DNA of 64,000 nucleotides from an uncultured Alphaproteobacteria bacterium (GTDB lineage Bacteria; Pseudomonadota; Alphaproteobacteria; Rickettsiales; UBA1997): NCBI GenBank assembly GCA_903937405.1, contig CAIZZE010000008.1, positions 8,641 to 72,640 of the forward strand, read 5' to 3'. Shown piece by piece: positions 60,721 to 64,000 of this stretch (position 1 is its first letter; each line of letters starts with the position of its first letter). The notes under the pieces were generated by a model. It saw only the letters and a program-made list of their open reading frames with translations, ran no database searches and was not told where the DNA came from. The position numbers and the translations under genes were made by a program.

Positions 60721-61467
60721 ATGACCCAAAAAATCATAACTGCAGCGTTAGTAATCATCGGTGACGAAATTCTTTCGGGACGCACTAAAGATGAAAATCT
60801 TAATTTTCTGGCTGTTGGTCTTGCAGAAATCGGTGTAAATCTAAAAGAAGTGCGTGTTGTAATTGATGGTGAAGAAGAAATTGTTGAAGCCGTAAACGCG
60901 CTTCGTAAAAAATATGATTATGTCTTTACCAGCGGTGGCGTTGGTCCAACTCACGATGATATTACATCAGCGGCAATTGCTAAAGCTTTTGATGATGAAT
61001 ATCTTGTAAATGAAGAAGCAAAAGCCATTTTAGAAAATTATTACGGTCACGGAAATTTAAATGAAGCGCGTTTAAAAATGGCATTCATGCCAAGCAAAGC
61101 GACTCTTATTGAAAATGAAATTAATGCCGCTTCTGGTTTTAAAATTGAAAATGTTTTTGTTTTAGCTGGAATTCCAAAAATTTTCCGCATCATGTTTGAA
61201 GGCGCTAAAAAAGACCTTCAAGGTGGTGCTAAAACAAAAATGCAGGAAATAAAAATTACTTTAACTGAAAGTGTAATTGCGAAAGATTTTGCTAATTTAC
61301 AGCAAAAATATCCGAAAATTATCATGGGAAGTTATCCGGGTGAAGGCACAACTTCATTGGTTTTTCGCGGTACTGATTACGAAACCTTGGAAAAATCGGC
61401 AAATGAAATGATTTCGATTTTAAAAAACCTGCAAAGCGACTGCGTACTTGCGGTTGTAAAATCTTAA
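60721..61467 (+). CDS. CinA-like competence/damage-inducible protein (MoCF-biosynthesis/molybdopterin-binding domain)
   Basis: AALVIIGDEILSGRTKDENLNFLA and TSGGVGPTHDDIT motifs. Confidence 0.8.
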   Translation: MTQKIITAALVIIGDEILSGRTKDENLNFLAVGLAEIGVNLKEVRVVIDGEEEIVEAVNALRKKYDYVFTSGGVGPTHDDITSAAIAKAFDDEYLVNEEAKAILENYYGHGNLNEARLKMAFMPSKATLIENEINAASGFKIENVFVLAGIPKIFRIMFEGAKKDLQGGAKTKMQEIKITLTESVIAKDFANLQQKYPKIIMGSYPGEGTTSLVFRGTDYETLEKSANEMISILKNLQSDCVLAVVKS

Positions 61468-61485
61468 AAAAGCTATTTTTAAAAA

Positions 61486-62319
61486 ATGGAACAAAAGCTT
61501 GAAGAAATCAAAAACGAAAGTCGCGAAGAAGCTGACGAATATTTTGATTTCATCAAAAAATCAGTTGATGACGGTAACTATTTTAAGGATGCCGTAAACT
61601 GGTATTTCTTTCGCTACGTTACCCCAATTTGCGATCGTACCTTGCTAATTTTTGGCGCGATTATTGCATTCGTAGTTTTGTTTTTTTTGATTCAAATGGT
61701 GCGCAGCGCCTTTCCTTTGGTTGAAGAAGTGCCGATTTTTATTCAAGCTGGAGATCGCTCACTTACATTCCCTAATCTTATCAATTTAAAACCGAAAAAA
61801 GGGCAAGCCGGATATGATCCGCAAATTGCAACTGTGGATGAAGCAGTGGCTAAATACTTGATAGCAGACTATGTGAAAGAGCGCGAATCTTTTGATTTTA
61901 GAAGAGGTGAAATTGAAGATGTGAATAATAAACTAAATCACATTAGAAATATTTCGACGGATAATGAATATAAGGTTTTCAGGTCGATAATGAGTAGGGA
62001 TAATCCTGACAGTCCGATTAATTTTTATGGTCAAAATGTAGTTAAAAATATCCAGATCGATTCAATAAAATTAGTTAAAATAGAACCGAAAGATTTTGCT
62101 CAAAAAGCACGTCAATATTTATCCAACAAAATTCCAACTGAAGCCGAAGTGCGATTTAGTGCAAACATTAAATCTATTGATTTGGAAACTGGAGTAGTAA
62201 CCGAGAAAAAAGATCGCTATATTGTTAAAATAAACTTTGCTTTTGATGGCATCAAAAAAGGCGAAAAAGGTATCATTAATTTCTTGGTCAATGGCTATAA
62301 ACTCTATAAGGTAAAATGA
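61486..62319 (+). CDS. virB8: type IV secretion system protein VirB8
   Basis: Bitopic layout: N-terminal cytoplasmic region, one TM (LLIFGAIIAFVVLFFLI), and a periplasmic domain of about 200 aa. ATGA-coupled to virB9 downstream. Confidence 0.7.
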   Translation: MEQKLEEIKNESREEADEYFDFIKKSVDDGNYFKDAVNWYFFRYVTPICDRTLLIFGAIIAFVVLFFLIQMVRSAFPLVEEVPIFIQAGDRSLTFPNLINLKPKKGQAGYDPQIATVDEAVAKYLIADYVKERESFDFRRGEIEDVNNKLNHIRNISTDNEYKVFRSIMSRDNPDSPINFYGQNVVKNIQIDSIKLVKIEPKDFAQKARQYLSNKIPTEAEVRFSANIKSIDLETGVVTEKKDRYIVKINFAFDGIKKGEKGIINFLVNGYKLYKVK

Positions 62320-63245
62320 AAAAATTTCTATTTTGTTTTTTGGCAATTTGTTGCTTTTCTTCAATGGCTCAAGCTGTTCAATTGCCGCGCTATCTTGGAA
62401 CTGAAAAAAAATTCCGCAGCTATATTTACAATCCAAATGATGTTTACCGCTATATCGGGCATTATACTTACCAAGGTTTTATTGAATTTGAGGAAGGTGA
62501 AACTGTAAGCACAATTTCAATGGGTGATCCATCTTTATGGTTGATTGAGAATTTGGGAAATCGCCTTTTCTTAAAACCGGTTGGCGAAGATAATTCTGAA
62601 ACCAACATGACGGTTATTAGCAGCAAGCGCGTTTATCATTTTGAATTAATGGCTAAAGAAGCGAAAGGTATTACTGACAAAGATTTAATCTTCGTTGCCA
62701 AATTTGTTTATCCTGATGAAAAAGATAAAAACATCGTAGAATTTCCAAAATCTTCGCCATCTGATGAGCCTGATATGCGTGATTTATCACTTTATAATTT
62801 CGATTATCAATATACCGGAGAGCCAACAATTGCACCAGTCAAAGTTTTTGATAATGGTGAATTTACTTACTTCCAATTTACTAAGAAAAATGCGGAAATC
62901 CCGGCAATTTTCTCAGTTGACGCTGGTGGTTTTGAGTCGCTAGTTAACTTCAGATCTGCGGGCAGTTATATCATTGTTGAGCGCGTTTCGCCGCAATATA
63001 CTTTGAGAAGTGGCAGTGACATTGTCTGCGTTTATAACACCGATCTTTACACTAACGGTCGCGCCAGACAATCAACTTTAAAAAATAAAGATGGCACGCC
63101 GCCACAACCAACCAGTTTTGGCGCTCCATCTGCGGGCGGATCTTATCCTGGTGGGCCTTCAACACCGGTGATGTTGGATAATACCTCACAAGGTGTGCCA
63201 GCAGGCATGCCGCAAATGCCTAGAATGCCGGGTCAAGCTTATTAA
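62316..63245 (+). CDS. virB9: type IV secretion system protein VirB9 (TrbG/CagX family)
   Basis: Signal peptide. NFDYQYTGE...PVKVFDNGEFTYFQF conserved VirB9 block. Pro-rich C-terminus. Confidence 0.9.
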   Translation: MKKFLFCFLAICCFSSMAQAVQLPRYLGTEKKFRSYIYNPNDVYRYIGHYTYQGFIEFEEGETVSTISMGDPSLWLIENLGNRLFLKPVGEDNSETNMTVISSKRVYHFELMAKEAKGITDKDLIFVAKFVYPDEKDKNIVEFPKSSPSDEPDMRDLSLYNFDYQYTGEPTIAPVKVFDNGEFTYFQFTKKNAEIPAIFSVDAGGFESLVNFRSAGSYIIVERVSPQYTLRSGSDIVCVYNTDLYTNGRARQSTLKNKDGTPPQPTSFGAPSAGGSYPGGPSTPVMLDNTSQGVPAGMPQMPRMPGQAY

Positions 63246-63262
63246 AAATCTAAATAGAAAAA

Positions 63263-64000
63263 ATGAACACGATTCCAAATTACAACCACAAAACTGCTGA
63301 AAAAAAATGGCAGCAAAGCTGGGAAGAAAAAGCGATTTTTAAATTTGACGAAAATTCTGCTAAAGAAAAATATTACGTGCTGGAAATGTTTCCTTATCCA
63401 TCAGGAAAAATTCACATGGGACATTTGCGTAACTATACAATTGGGGATGCCATCGCCCGTTTTAAAAAGTTGCAAGGTTTTAATGTTTTACATCCAATGG
63501 GTTTTGATGCTTTTGGTTTACCGGCAGAAAACGCTGCTTTAGAACATAAGGTTCATCCAGAAAAATGGACGCTAGAAAATATCAAAACCATGAGCGCCGA
63601 TTTAAAATCAATCGGTTTGTCGTTAGATTGGAGTCGCCAAGTTGTAACTTGTTTGCCTGATTATTACAAACATGAGCAAAAAATTTTCATCGATTTTTTA
63701 AAAGCTGGTTTGGCTTATCAAAAAGAATCCTTCGTAAATTGGGATCCGATTGACCAAACAGTTTTGGCCAATGAACAAGTAATTGACGGTCGCGGTTGGC
63801 GAAGTGGTGCGTTGGTGGAAAAGAAAAAATTAAATCAATGGTTTTTAAAAGTTTCTGATTTTTCGGAAGAACTTTTATCTGAATTAAAAAACCTCAAAGG
63901 TTGGGACGAACGTGTTCTGACTATGCAAGAAAGATGGATTGGCAAAAGCGAAGGCCAAATTATTGATTTTAAACTTGCTGATTCTACTGCAAAAATTCCG
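63263..64000 (+). CDS. leuS: leucine--tRNA ligase, N-terminal 246 codons (continues past window end)
   Basis: Translation from ATG 63263: [28 protein letters not shown]...[31 protein letters not shown] (HMGH class I signature). Open to the window end. Confidence 0.95.
   Translation, partial: MNTIPNYNHKTAEKKWQQSWEEKAIFKFDENSAKEKYYVLEMFPYPSGKIHMGHLRNYTIGDAIARFKKLQGFNVLHPMGFDAFGLPAENAALEHKVHPEKWTLENIKTMSADLKSIGLSLDWSRQVVTCLPDYYKHEQKIFIDFLKAGLAYQKESFVNWDPIDQTVLANEQVIDGRGWRSGALVEKKKLNQWFLKVSDFSEELLSELKNLKGWDERVLTMQERWIGKSEGQIIDFKLADSTAKIP

Noticed and set aside
63345-63542. 65-aa ORF from the track
   Set aside because: It is in the wrong frame inside leuS, whose frame is open from 63263 to the window end.

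Overview
This is a 64-kb AT-rich chromosomal segment. GC was judged by eye, not computed. The gene content reads like an alphaproteobacterium with an intracellular, Rickettsiales/Holosporales-like lifestyle. Supporting signs: scattered P-type (rvh-like) T4SS genes (virB10 alone at 28.8 kb, virB8-virB9 at 61.5 kb); an NDUFA12-like/DUF2155/mlaD cluster; broken-up operons (leuC and leuD 45 kb apart, murD outside a dcw cluster, purL/purE/purF scattered); and several families of nested-hairpin palindromic repeats (more than 12 copies). I call about 55 protein genes and 2 tRNAs (Ala-UGC, Arg-CCG). Most genes are housekeeping: glyQ, erpA, hisE, ndk, rlmI, glyA, sppA, leuC/leuD, yebC, purL/E/F, fabD/fabI, galU, murD, rpe, mlaD, slt, xseB, pgsA, gmk, ribF, leuS. 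Unusual content, in order of interest: (1) Three tandem paralogous type IV pilin-like genes (34.8-38.5 kb) carry foreign C-terminal modules, one glycine-rich and two sushi/CCP-like. A 1955-aa cysteine-rich secreted protein (40.05-45.9 kb) repeats the same sushi-like Cys/Trp module. I propose these form one undescribed surface or host-interaction system. (2) purL is cut cleanly into two intact halves by a 4.1-kb dctA-MBOAT-AlgJ/X cassette. (3) An ORF combines a Ulp1/CE-clan protease signature with pentapeptide repeats and is a candidate T4SS effector. (4) A roughly 105-bp palindromic element sits in frame inside the MBOAT gene. (5) A type I R-M operon lies next to a decayed restriction-helicase remnant. 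(6) An acyltransferase/hydrolase fusion lies just upstream of virB10. (7) The 5' half of tRNA-Arg is duplicated. All functional calls come from motifs recognised by eye in the supplied translations and DNA. No database, HMM or structure search was run.
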